Part shown: positions 1-9,288 of the stretch, one piece after another | Numbering within the stretch: position 1 is the first letter of the stretch | How the letters are laid out: each line of letters starts with the position of its first letter | DNA from: Nitrosopumilaceae archaeon | Lineage (GTDB): Archaea > Thermoproteota > Nitrososphaeria > Nitrososphaerales > Nitrosopumilaceae | NCBI GenBank assembly: GCA_965200155.1 | Contig: CBDATR010000010.1 | Span: 416,001-480,000 of the forward strand | Reading direction: 5' to 3' | Length of the DNA: 64,000 bases | The notes under the pieces: generated by a model | Database searches by the model: none | Told to the model about the DNA's origin: nothing | What the model saw: only the letters and a program-made list of their open reading frames with translations | Translations under genes and position numbers: made by a program

Positions 1-1715
1 CTTCCCTGTGTATATTGCCTGTCATGTACTAGTTTAGGAACACTTGTCCTACCATAACGTGCCTCGTCTAGTTCCACCAGCCTGCCGGATCCGGGGCTGG
101 CGCTCATGCATATGGTTACCGGCAGATTAAGGTAACGATCATTTTTAACAACCCTGCGTGCTGCCGTATTTATCACTCTCATGGCCACTTTATGCGCCTC
201 CTTGTCCGCATATCCCATTATATCATATATGGCCTCCTTGAGTCCAACTAGGTTTAGCGTAATTCCCAGTGACTCTGTCCTATTCTGTCCCAGTGTCTTT
301 TTTAGAAACGGGTTCATTCCGTGACTGGTCATGTCCGAGACATCCTTCCACCTGTTTTCCAACGCCATTGTGACAGAATCTATGTGCATGGCCAGCTTTA
401 CGCGCAGATATGACTCGTCCTGGCCTGATTCCCTGGCTAACCGTGGTAGATTAACGCCAACCGCGTGCATCTTGGCCGAGGTGAGTGGTGTGGCGCCTGT
501 GATGCCGTTTGATCCCGTCTGGCCCGTATAAATGGAGATACTGCCCCCTTGTGCAGATATTGCTGCTAGGCTCTTGGCGAACTTATCTATGTCCTGGCCA
601 TCGGGGTCCAATACAAGACCAACACGGGATCGCGGAATTATCCTGGTATACTTGTAGTATGCATCTATGACATCTGCAGCCCTGTCCCAAGATAGTGGCA
701 CACCCAACGAAATGGTGGGGCCGCGCCTGTCTTCATGCATGAAAACCAGCATGTCGTATACGTCACTGCCGTCTATGTCTATCTGGGCGAATCCAGACAC
801 AACGCATTCTTGTGATGTCTCCTCCGCTATCTCCTGTAGTGCAGTAGCCAGGCGCAGTGTTGTGTCTCCGGTGGGCATGCGGTTTCTGGGATACCAGTCC
901 TCATTCAGTATGGCAGACACATTGGCAAATGTGGTATCCGGCATAAGTGACCATCGATGCAGGTTTGATATGTGAATATACCCCCTCATGTGCATATCTG
1001 TCACGTCCCTTGGTAGTATGTTGGAGAGAGCATACTCTGTGAATACATTCTCCCCCACATCCATCATGAGCGACTTCGCACTGCCGCCATTTGTGTTGTT
1101 AATCATCTTGTACACGTCATGGGCGGGCACGCCTATGCGATTCATGTTATTCCTATAGTCCTCGTGGCCTTCCTCTATCAATATCATGTTTGCAATATCC
1201 CTGATGAGCGGACCTGTGAGATGGGTTATCTTGTACTTGTGTATCCGTGCCTCCACTTCGTCAGTTATCTTCTGGGCAGACTCTATGGGGAGACGGCCTT
1301 CCCTTACAAGAGAGTTGGTTATCTTGGTGGGGTTGAACTCCTCTATGGATTGTTGTGAGGTTCGTACGTGAATGTGTCCGCTATCCATAATGGAATGCTC
1401 CTCCATCTGGGCATGCAGCTTTAATGCCCAGCGACCCAGGTTTGTTATGCCGTACCTGGCCCCGCTTGTGTTATGATTTACCAGCGCCAATTTGCGCAGG
1501 GTACGCAGATGATATGAGAACTTGCCGCTCTCCCTTTTGGTCTTGAATCCGGTGGTGGCCTTCAATTCACTAAATTGTAAGGCGCCCTTGCTGTTCAGGA
1601 CGCGCAGTATCTCCATGCGATCATTACTGGACATGGCTCCGAAGATCTTTTGAACCCGGCCTGAATTGACATACTCTGCATCATCCCTGCCGTGTTCCAC
1701 GACTGGAGGGTACAT
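1..1715 (-). CDS. ArsR-type wHTH / ATP-cone / class III ribonucleotide reductase (NrdD)-like protein, 3' end beyond the window
   Basis: Minus-strand frame read manually from ATG at 1715 through the N-terminal part: RMEILRVLNSKGALQFSELK..SGKFSYHLRTL (wHTH), HVRTSQQSIEEFNPTKITNSLVREG (ATP cone), LPRDVTDMHMRGYIHI (NrdD-like). Appears to run off the window, which would explain its absence from the ORF track. Confidence 0.8.
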   Translation of the reverse strand, partial: MYPPVVEHGRDDAEYVNSGRVQKIFGAMSSNDRMEILRVLNSKGALQFSELKATTGFKTKRESGKFSYHLRTLRKLALVNHNTSGARYGITNLGRWALKLHAQMEEHSIMDSGHIHVRTSQQSIEEFNPTKITNSLVREGRLPIESAQKITDEVEARIHKYKITHLTGPLIRDIANMILIEEGHEDYRNNMNRIGVPAHDVYKMINNTNGGSAKSLMMDVGENVFTEYALSNILPRDVTDMHMRGYIHISNLHRWSLMPDTTFANVSAILNEDWYPRNRMPTGDTTLRLATALQEIAEETSQECVVSGFAQIDIDGSDVYDMLVFMHEDRRGPTISLGVPLSWDRAADVIDAYYKYTRIIPRSRVGLVLDPDGQDIDKFAKSLAAISAQGGSISIYTGQTGSNGITGATPLTSAKMHAVGVNLPRLARESGQDESYLRVKLAMHIDSVTMALENRWKDVSDMTSHGMNPFLKKTLGQNRTESLGITLNLVGLKEAIYDIMGYADKEAHKVAMRVINTAARRVVKNDRYLNLPVTICMSASPGSGRLVELDEARYGRTSVPKLVHDRQYTQG

Positions 1716-1743
1716 CTACAACTAATTAATGATTAATCTACAC

Positions 1744-1926
1744 TCATACGGCGCGATCAGTACCTGACTTCTCTGTGGCCTCCAAATTAAAGTCTGCTGC
1801 GGCAACACGGTGTCCGCAGGATGGGCACTTGGTATCCACAAGACCGGCCGCTTCCTTGATTGACTTGAGTGTTCTTGTACTACTCAGTACTGTGTCACAC
1901 TTGCCGCAGACTATCTTTATTGTCAT
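1744..1926 (-). CDS. small zinc-ribbon protein
   Basis: CGKC and CPSC knuckles, 60 aa. Confidence 0.75.
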   Translation of the reverse strand: MTIKIVCGKCDTVLSSTRTLKSIKEAAGLVDTKCPSCGHRVAAADFNLEATEKSGTDRAV

Positions 1927-1953
1927 GTTAATAGTAACGGGGAGGGGGCGTAT

Positions 1954-2319
1954 TTACAACTTTTCAATGAGGAGTCCGCGTTCGTCATATCCGTATATCC
2001 GGGCCTTGGAGCCCATCGGCAAGTCTTGGGGTTTTGCTATGCCTCCCATGAATCCGGATATGCGAAGATCTGCATCCTCTAGGGACATCACTACAAAAGC
2101 ATAGGGTGTGTACTCCTCAAAACCCGCGGGTGGCACCGTTATTATGGTATATGTCGCTACTGTTCCCCTTCCCGAAACGGTGTGATTCTCAAACTGCGCT
2201 CCGCCACAATTGCTACAAAAGTATATGGTATATGGGTGCAACATTTGGCAGCCTATGCATCTGCGCACCATCAACATTCCCTCGCATGCGGCCTTGATGA
2301 ACTCCTCCTTGCCTGACAT
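1954..2319 (-). CDS. DUF35 / Zn-ribbon OB-fold acyl-CoA-binding protein (thiolase partner)
   Basis: CxxC..CxxC, SGRGTVATYTII, PY motif; directly downstream of thiolase; start set at MSGKEEF. Confidence 0.85.
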   Translation of the reverse strand: MSGKEEFIKAACEGMLMVRRCIGCQMLHPYTIYFCSNCGGAQFENHTVSGRGTVATYTIITVPPAGFEEYTPYAFVVMSLEDADLRISGFMGGIAKPQDLPMGSKARIYGYDERGLLIEKL

Positions 2320-2321
2320 CA

Positions 2322-3476
2322 CTAAACACTTTCGAATATGTGGACGGCACAACTGGCCCCGGTAGCGCCAAAGTTGTGGGTCAGTCCTATGTGTGCGTCT
2401 CGTACGGTTCTCTCTCCGGCCTGACCAGTAAGCTGATCGTATACCTCTACTACTTGGCCAACACCCGTAGCTCCGATGGGATGACCTTTGGATTTTAGCC
2501 CGCCTGATGGATTAACCGATACCTGGGAGTTGAGGGCAGTAAGTCCCTCTCGGGCAGCCTCTACGCCCTGGCCCTTCTCAAAGAATCCCAAATCCTCGGT
2601 ATCCACTATCTCCGCAATGGTAAAGCAGTCATGCACTTCTGCCAAGTCTATATCTTTTGGTGTTACCCTGGCCATCTTATAGGCTGCCTGTGCGGCGATC
2701 TTGGTACTGGGTATTGTGGTAAGGTGTTCTCGTCCCTGTAGTGCCGCCGGTGAGCCGCCACGACCGGATCCAATTACCCTAACATAGTCACCACCGGTCT
2801 TTTTTGCAAACTTTTCATTACACAGTATCACGGCGCTGGCGCCATCAGAGAAAGGACAGCAGTCGTAGAGTTTTAGGGGACTGGCCACTACCGCGGAGTT
2901 CATTACATCATCGACGGTTATCTTCTTGCGTAGGTGGGCCTTGGGGTTGAGCAGCCCATTATCATGATTCTTTACTGCAACCTTTGCAAAGTCTTCCTCG
3001 GTTGCTCCAAACTCACTCAGGTATGCGCGAGCCATGGATGCAAAGAGGCCAGGAAAGGAGGCCCCGGCAGAGCCCTCGTGGAAGAAGTCCGAGCAGTACG
3101 CAAAGTAAGTAGTGGTCCATCCGGTTCCCGTATGTGTTACCTTTTCGGTTCCCACCGCCAATAGGCAATCGTAAAAACCTGCTGCCACATTGGCATATGC
3201 TTCCCTAAAGGAGACGGATCCGCTACCACATGCAGACTCTATGGAGAGTGACGGCCTGTCTGATATGCCCAGATTACTCATCACCACCGGACCCAAGTGT
3301 ACCTGCTTGTCCGCTATGCCAAAGACATTGGATATGTATCCTGCCTCTATATCCTTTGGCGTTATCCCTGCACTGCGTATGGCATCCGCGGAAGCCTGTA
3401 CTGTGATATCCACTATACTATCTTCCAGCTTGCCATACTTTGTACTACCTGCGCCAAGCACGCACACAGTTTCCAT
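2322..3476 (-). CDS. acetyl-CoA C-acetyltransferase (SCP-x type thiolase)
   Basis: ESACGSG, EVHDCF, NPSGGLKSKGHPIGATG motifs; start set at METVCV. Confidence 0.92.
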   Translation of the reverse strand: METVCVLGAGSTKYGKLEDSIVDITVQASADAIRSAGITPKDIEAGYISNVFGIADKQVHLGPVVMSNLGISDRPSLSIESACGSGSVSFREAYANVAAGFYDCLLAVGTEKVTHTGTGWTTTYFAYCSDFFHEGSAGASFPGLFASMARAYLSEFGATEEDFAKVAVKNHDNGLLNPKAHLRKKITVDDVMNSAVVASPLKLYDCCPFSDGASAVILCNEKFAKKTGGDYVRVIGSGRGGSPAALQGREHLTTIPSTKIAAQAAYKMARVTPKDIDLAEVHDCFTIAEIVDTEDLGFFEKGQGVEAAREGLTALNSQVSVNPSGGLKSKGHPIGATGVGQVVEVYDQLTGQAGERTVRDAHIGLTHNFGATGASCAVHIFESV

Positions 3477-3602
3477 GTTACAACAGATTGATTTTCCATA
3501 TAAAAACTGTATATTGCAAGGATGGGGGTATCCGGGTTTCTGACTCAATCAGCGCATGGCTAAGCGCCCATTCACAATTGGTGAAGAACTAGTAAAACTG
3601 AA

Positions 3603-4654
3603 GTATGGGTTCACCTGTGTCTAAATTTACGCATAACTGATGGAACCGGTTACCAGTTAATGTGATTTGTGCATAAGATTCCGGAAGTCAATAGTACGAA
3701 AAGTAAGTCCGCTTAGGATCCGGTGTACAGTAGTTCAGATTGCGCAAACCACGAAAGGCTATGGTAAATAGAATAACAGAGGAATCAAGACAAAAGAGGC
3801 GTTGCCGCTACCAAAATAGCTCAAGACCTGAAACAAGACACGTACGAAGATTGTGAACCAGAGGACGGGAACGACTCGAGTAAAGATAGGCAGGCTCATG
3901 ATACCAATCACCGCCACCCAGATACGAATGGTAACTGAAGCATACAGCAAGGATCCCGCCGGAGTAGTACGTATTGCAAAGAGGCTTAGACAGAATTACA
4001 ATATATCGCGCAGTATATCGCATAATGAAAAAGAACGGTACAGCAGGATCATCACCTGCAGAGTGGGTACGCTATGAGCGTAAATATTCCAATGCAATGT
4101 GGCACTGGCATGTCATGAAAGATGAGCGCTTCAGGGGACTGAATCTCATAGATGATGCATCCAGGTGTATAGTCGGAGCGGCACTATTTGAGCATGCAAC
4201 CTCAGAGAACGCCGTTCTATTACTGAGACTGGCAATGAAACGATTCGGCGCCACTGCATCTCGGATAACGGCGCGTGTTTCGTAGGACAATAAAAGGGCA
4301 AAAAGAACTGGAAACCCACACTATTCGAGGAAGAACTGCTGGATCAAGACATCATACTAATCAATTTCAGACCATACCACCCGCAGACAAATGGCAAACG
4401 GGGGCGCTTCCATGGAATGATTGAGGACGAGATATGGTATTATGACAGTCTCCGGGATTATGTGGACTACTACAATGAGAGAAGGTTGCACGTCTCACTG
4501 GATATAGATAACGGCGAAACGCCGCTTCAGGAATAAAAAGGCGACCCAGACAATTAGGGCAAATGATGCAAAATGGATGGAGCGGGATGCCAATGACTAG
4601 CGGACCGACTTTTCACACATTACACACAAGATTCCGGAAGACGTGAACTCATAC
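3603..4654 (+). mobile_element. 92-bp IS66-type MITE (variant core) split by an IS481 derivative
   Basis: GTATGGGTTCAC at 3603, GTGAACTCATAC ending 4654; TSD AAACTGAA at 3595-3602 and 4655-4662. Confidence 0.92.
3688..4624 (+). mobile_element. IS481-family derivative, copy 1 (transposase pseudogene)
   Basis: WVRYERKYSNAMWH..DDASRC..ATSENAV and HPQTNGK fragments; imperfect IRs TCAATAGTACGAAAAGT / ACTTTTCACACATTACA; 16-bp DR CAYAAGATTCCGGAAG. Confidence 0.88.
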
Positions 4655-4881
4655 AAACTGAATCGCTACCATTTGCCCACAAATATGATTATGGGTGATA
4701 TCATATGGAACGGGCGCTTGGTACACACACTCCATCATTTTGCGGGGTCTTACAGTGCCATTTTGTGCCGCATCTCGTGTTTTATTGAGTGATTTTTAAT
4801 TATTTATTATATTATTAATACTATGAATACTAACAATACTATGTAAGTAATGAATAATAACTATATCATCATACCATTATC

Positions 4882-5292
4882 ATGAAAATAGCCTTTGACA
4901 CATGCGTTGTAATAGACATAATGGAGAGCGCCTCGGTCGCCCGTAAACTGCGAACCAATCTTAGTGGCAAGCAATACAAGATAGTGCTGTGTCGCCAAGT
5001 ATTACGGGAGCTCAGACGGGTACATAACCTGACAGTTGATGCAATTCTTGGTAGCCTGCGCAAGATATTTGGTGAGAGACGCGTCGGCATAATATCGGAT
5101 CCCACAGATCTTGAGGATACCGCCCAAATGCTACGTAACCAGTATCACTATGCACATAATGGTGATCACCGCATTCTGGCCACGTGCCGCATACATGGAA
5201 TTGGCCTGATTACGCTTGATCGGGGAATGCTTAAGGTGGCCACCATGGTGGGAATTCCGGCATTTCACCCTAAATATGCAGGTGGGATATAA
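4882..5292 (+). CDS. PIN-domain (VapC-like) ribonuclease
   Basis: N-terminal FDTCVVI, ELRR, D-HRILA, LITLD motifs. Confidence 0.85.
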   Translation: MKIAFDTCVVIDIMESASVARKLRTNLSGKQYKIVLCRQVLRELRRVHNLTVDAILGSLRKIFGERRVGIISDPTDLEDTAQMLRNQYHYAHNGDHRILATCRIHGIGLITLDRGMLKVATMVGIPAFHPKYAGGI

Positions 5293-5406
5293 TGGCCAGG
5301 GCGTATCCGGTTATAGTACGATTTGACGATGACAACGAGGATCCCATGGTATATGGCAACTAGTTGATTACTCGCTAGGTATAATTTGGAAAAGGGCTCA
5401 TCCCGT

Positions 5407-5838
5407 ATGTTGGGCACAACCGAAGACAAGTCTGTTCACAAAGTGAGGGTCACAAAGTCCGTTGTAAAGTCTCTGCGTGAGGAGATTTTGCAGTATATGG
5501 ATGGTGGCGGATACCTGGCGTGGTCTGAGAAGGATCACAAGTACCTACTATTGGGTACTAACTCGCCCCGTACCGGTTTGGTGAACTGTCCGGAGTGCGG
5601 CATAGGGAGGCTTATGGTTATACGTTCACGCGCTACTGGCAAGCGCTTTATTGGCTGCTCCAACTATGCCCAAGGGTGTACTGCCACATCCCCGCTTCTG
5701 CAACGAGCCCGTCTACGCGCCATAAAACAGTCATGCCCGGAATGCGGATGGCCAATAGTACTGTTCAGGTATTCCAGAGATCAAAAATGGTCCCGGCAGT
5801 GCTCTAACATATCCTGCACTACCAGGAATAAAGGCTAG
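5407..5838 (+). CDS. topoisomerase I-type C4 zinc-finger domain protein
   Basis: CPECGIGRLMV..GKRFIGCSNY and a second CPECG..CSNISC repeat. Confidence 0.85.
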   Translation: MLGTTEDKSVHKVRVTKSVVKSLREEILQYMDGGGYLAWSEKDHKYLLLGTNSPRTGLVNCPECGIGRLMVIRSRATGKRFIGCSNYAQGCTATSPLLQRARLRAIKQSCPECGWPIVLFRYSRDQKWSRQCSNISCTTRNKG

Positions 5839-6647
5839 CGCCGCTGTGGTCCGTGATACAAATCCAGGCGCCGATTCCTTAACAGGGGGAGCTTCTCTCT
5901 GGTGTCTGTGACTGCATCACAGTCTATGTCTGCGTATGCAATGCCCTCCTCGGTGCCCATATCCCGCAGTATGTCGCCAAAGGGGGAGACTACCAAACTT
6001 CTGCCACAGTATATGTTTCCTGTATGATCCGGGGCTATAACATAACACCCGTTCTCTATTGCCCTTGCCCGGTTCATTGTAATCCAGTGCTCTTCCTTTT
6101 TTTCGCCTTTCACCCAAGCCGATGGGGCAATCAGGGTGTGCGATCCTGCCTCGGCTAGTATGCGTGACATCTCGGGAAATCGTAAATCATAGCATACCAT
6201 CATTCCCGCGGTACCTATGGTGGTGGGAATGGGCTCGGATATGGCATCTCCCGGTTCCATCTTGGCAGATTCCCTAAATCCCAATGCGTCATACAGGTGT
6301 ATCTTGCGATATGATGTCTTTATGGCGCCAGAATCGCTAACCAGAAAGGCCGTGTCATACACGCGATCCCGTTGTGGACTCTTCTCGTAAATTGTTCCCA
6401 CCACCTCTATGTGGTTCCTTTTGGCTGCCTGGCATATGGCAGTCACAAACGGGCCGGTTATCTCCTCTGCCTGCTGTGCAAGTTTCGCACCACTCTGGGT
6501 ACTTGTAGTGTATAGCATCATGAACTCGGGAAAGGCGCACAGGCTGGCTCCTGCATCTGCCGCCTCCTCTATGTAGTCCTCGATCCGTTGAAGATTGTCT
6601 GCCTTGCTGATTGATGCACAAAACTGTACCACTGCGACGGTATTCAT
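5835..6647 (-). CDS. carbon-nitrogen hydrolase (nitrilase superfamily, Nit1-like)
   Basis: FPE, YRKIHL, CYDLRFPE triad motifs, RARAIEN. Confidence 0.92.
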   Translation of the reverse strand: MNTVAVVQFCASISKADNLQRIEDYIEEAADAGASLCAFPEFMMLYTTSTQSGAKLAQQAEEITGPFVTAICQAAKRNHIEVVGTIYEKSPQRDRVYDTAFLVSDSGAIKTSYRKIHLYDALGFRESAKMEPGDAISEPIPTTIGTAGMMVCYDLRFPEMSRILAEAGSHTLIAPSAWVKGEKKEEHWITMNRARAIENGCYVIAPDHTGNIYCGRSLVVSPFGDILRDMGTEEGIAYADIDCDAVTDTREKLPLLRNRRLDLYHGPQRR

Positions 6648-6655
6648 GAGTCTTC

Positions 6656-6832
6656 CTATAGTGGACTGCCCGCCTGGAACCAGTTCTCTTTGGGTTTTTC
6701 ATCAAAGACGACTATGATGTGCTCTTTCTTTGTGTTGAGTATGTTAATGGCAGCCTCGGTTATGGCCTGCGCAAATTCCCGCTTCTGTTCTGTACTTCTT
6801 CCGGGGTACATGGATACTGTTATCAGGGGCAT
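6656..6832 (-). CDS. 4-oxalocrotonate tautomerase family protein
   Basis: MPLITV (catalytic Pro1), GRSTEQK, ENWFQAG. Confidence 0.9.
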   Translation of the reverse strand: MPLITVSMYPGRSTEQKREFAQAITEAAINILNTKKEHIIVVFDEKPKENWFQAGSPL

Positions 6833-6866
6833 GACAGTCCTTGTTGGAGGAAGTATAATAATTCTG

Positions 6867-7694
6867 CTAGTAGTAACGCCTGTCGTAGTAGTCCCGGTCG
6901 CCATAACCCTTGTCATAGGGATCATAACCGTAACGCGTTCCGTACATGTAGTCTCCCCGATGGGTAATCTTGTAGAGGTATCCTGTTCCCAGGCCTATGG
7001 CAAACCCGCCTATGTGGGCTAGGTACGCTACTCCGCCGCCGGCCACACCAAAACCGAAGTTGTTTATGAATAGGGGAAGTATGTTCTGAAATATCAGCCA
7101 GAACGGGAGGAACCATCTTGCCTGTATGTGCATCATGCGCCAGAATATGAACAACATCATTATGGTTAGTATACGCGCCTTTGGAAACAGTATGAGATAT
7201 GCCCCCAGTACTCCGGAGACGGCACCGGATGCCCCTACCGCAGGTATGGCGCTGCTGGGATCCCCCGCTATGTGTGCCAGTCCGGCAATTATGCCCCATC
7301 CCAGATATATGCCCAGATACTTTAGCCTACCGAACTTTAACTCAATGTTGTCACCAAATATCCACAGGAAAAGCATGTTGCCTCCCAAGTGAAGGGCTCC
7401 GCCATGGAGAAAAGTGGATGTCAGTAACGTGAGCAGGGAATTTGACGGGCAGTTTACCTGAAATGCACCATTTCCGAAATCTATATTCAAAATGTCGGCT
7501 CCCATTACGCACTGGGGCACGGCCCCCCAGCTGTAGAATAGGGCGAACGCATTGTTGTTTGTGAATTCCAGGAACTGGCCTGTTATAATGACCTCTATGA
7601 AGAACGCCGCGACATTGACGATTATTAGGCCATATGTCACTATGGGCCTCCAGCCTTGGGGATGGGGGTTTTCATCACGGATTGGTAGTAGCAC
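6867..7694 (-). CDS. rhomboid family intramembrane serine protease
   Basis: HLGGNMLFL, GASGA, AHIGG; start set at GTG about 27 bp downstream of a TATA-like box. Confidence 0.92.
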   Translation of the reverse strand: MLLPIRDENPHPQGWRPIVTYGLIIVNVAAFFIEVIITGQFLEFTNNNAFALFYSWGAVPQCVMGADILNIDFGNGAFQVNCPSNSLLTLLTSTFLHGGALHLGGNMLFLWIFGDNIELKFGRLKYLGIYLGWGIIAGLAHIAGDPSSAIPAVGASGAVSGVLGAYLILFPKARILTIMMLFIFWRMMHIQARWFLPFWLIFQNILPLFINNFGFGVAGGGVAYLAHIGGFAIGLGTGYLYKITHRGDYMYGTRYGYDPYDKGYGDRDYYDRRYY

Positions 7695-7745
7695 TGAACC
7701 TGTCTGGGTAGTAATTTTTGTATAAGTATTCCGCATCTAATCATG

Positions 7746-7897
7746 GTGGCCATTATGTCATCCCTGGCTCCATCCGACTTTGTGTTCCAGATGATCAGTG
7801 CATAGACGAACATGTCTTGAAATTGGCAAGCCTTATCCCAATGATCACAACAAGACCATACCCAGACTTGTAATCTCCTGTGCGACCAAACGGTTAT
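7746..7897. mobile_element. degenerate MITE of IS66 family 2
   Basis: Right end GTGCGACCAAACGGTTAT resembles the family-2 end; flanked by the 9-bp DR CTAATCATG. Confidence 0.55.
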
Positions 7898-7946
7898 CTA
7901 ATCATGGTAAAACGTTGGCATTATGCACGAGAACTTTCTGTGATTA

Positions 7947-9167
7947 TTATCCCGGGATTATAATATCTCTCTGGGTCATGTATGATATCATGCCCAGGAA
8001 AGTGTCATTATCAATGATGCCCTGCCCGTACCAACCCAGAGCCGGCCTCATCCATGAGGGTATGTGGGCCTCGCCGTCAAGATCTGATAGTATCATGTTC
8101 CTGTCTACCAGCAGCCACAGGTCTTCCAGTATGACACTATCGTCTATGGCGCCCGCTGCCCACAGGGCTGCGTTGTCCCGGATAAATGCAGGTACGTTTG
8201 GCGGCATGGGTTCTCCGGGCACGAATCCCTGTACTTCTATCACATCCTGTGATCTCTCTCTTATGCCAAAGGCCAGGTGCCAGAGGCCCATGTCGTCCTT
8301 GCTCTGGATGTAATCTATGGACTCACCGTTCCTGTATACCGTAAAGGTCTCCTCTCCAGTCACCGCGGGTATCTCTAGATTGGCAAAAGTCTCCAGGGGG
8401 AAGCTGTTGATGGTTTGTATGGTTATTGATGTACCATTGTGTCCGAAGGTGGGTGCGTAAAGTGCGGCCCCTGATTCGTACCGGAAGTCATATGTTATTC
8501 CCTCCCATTCCCCCTTCATGATGTAATAGCTCTTGGCGGCGGGCCCAAAGCAGCTATACCATTCTACCATGTGGGCAATAGAGGGGTCCGGATACATTAC
8601 AAATTCCGCAGTCCCGTTTGCCTCTAAATATTTGATATGGTTATGATTCCGTGATACGTCCAGCGGCCCCTGTTCTCCGTGTATCACTGCCCATATGGAT
8701 GGATTCTCTACCATTTCATCGCCCACATTTTTTATCACTCCAGTCAGGTGCCCGTCCGGATGCAGTACTAGTGTCTCATCATATAGTACTATGATGTCGG
8801 TGTTTGGGGTGGGGGCCCTTACATACGACAATATGGGCTCCAGTAGTGTGGCGTTACCGATATGGGGGATTTTGACTATGAATGGCAACTCGCCTTTTGA
8901 GGGTACTATATTGTGCTGGTGCAGTATGTTCTGGGTCTGCCCCTCATGCAGTATCTGTATGTGTATTGTGGGGGATATGGCCCAGTCCAGCTCGTTTTTT
9001 ACGTTGCCTATAACTGTGTATATGCCACCAGAGTCCGTATATGCAATGTACTCGTCTGCAGGTATGTATGCGGCGTAGGCTGCCGGTACTGCCAGTACTG
9101 TGCAACAGAGAGTAGATATTACCTTCCAATCAAGATATTGATTACTACTTGGGGCTGTATACCTCAA
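7947..9167 (-). CDS. secreted/surface protein with thaumarchaeal C-terminal IPxW repeats
   Basis: Signal-like N terminus; VPAFIRDNAALWAAGAIDD and IPSWMR..WYGQGIIDNDTFL repeats; true start uncertain. Confidence 0.75.
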   Translation of the reverse strand: MRYTAPSSNQYLDWKVISTLCCTVLAVPAAYAAYIPADEYIAYTDSGGIYTVIGNVKNELDWAISPTIHIQILHEGQTQNILHQHNIVPSKGELPFIVKIPHIGNATLLEPILSYVRAPTPNTDIIVLYDETLVLHPDGHLTGVIKNVGDEMVENPSIWAVIHGEQGPLDVSRNHNHIKYLEANGTAEFVMYPDPSIAHMVEWYSCFGPAAKSYYIMKGEWEGITYDFRYESGAALYAPTFGHNGTSITIQTINSFPLETFANLEIPAVTGEETFTVYRNGESIDYIQSKDDMGLWHLAFGIRERSQDVIEVQGFVPGEPMPPNVPAFIRDNAALWAAGAIDDSVILEDLWLLVDRNMILSDLDGEAHIPSWMRPALGWYGQGIIDNDTFLGMISYMTQRDIIIPG

Positions 9168-9288
9168 CTAACCTGTATATGTTGCCTTGGCAATTTAAGT
9201 AGTGTCACCAGATATCTGCATCCATTCACACGTGTCACTCAAAGAGACATATAGCTTGTGCGGTTCCGGACAGTGCCATGACTTGGTG

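Noticed and set aside
331-1371. Several plus-strand ORFs at the window start
   Set aside because: Antisense shadows of the long minus-strand HTH/NrdD-like gene.
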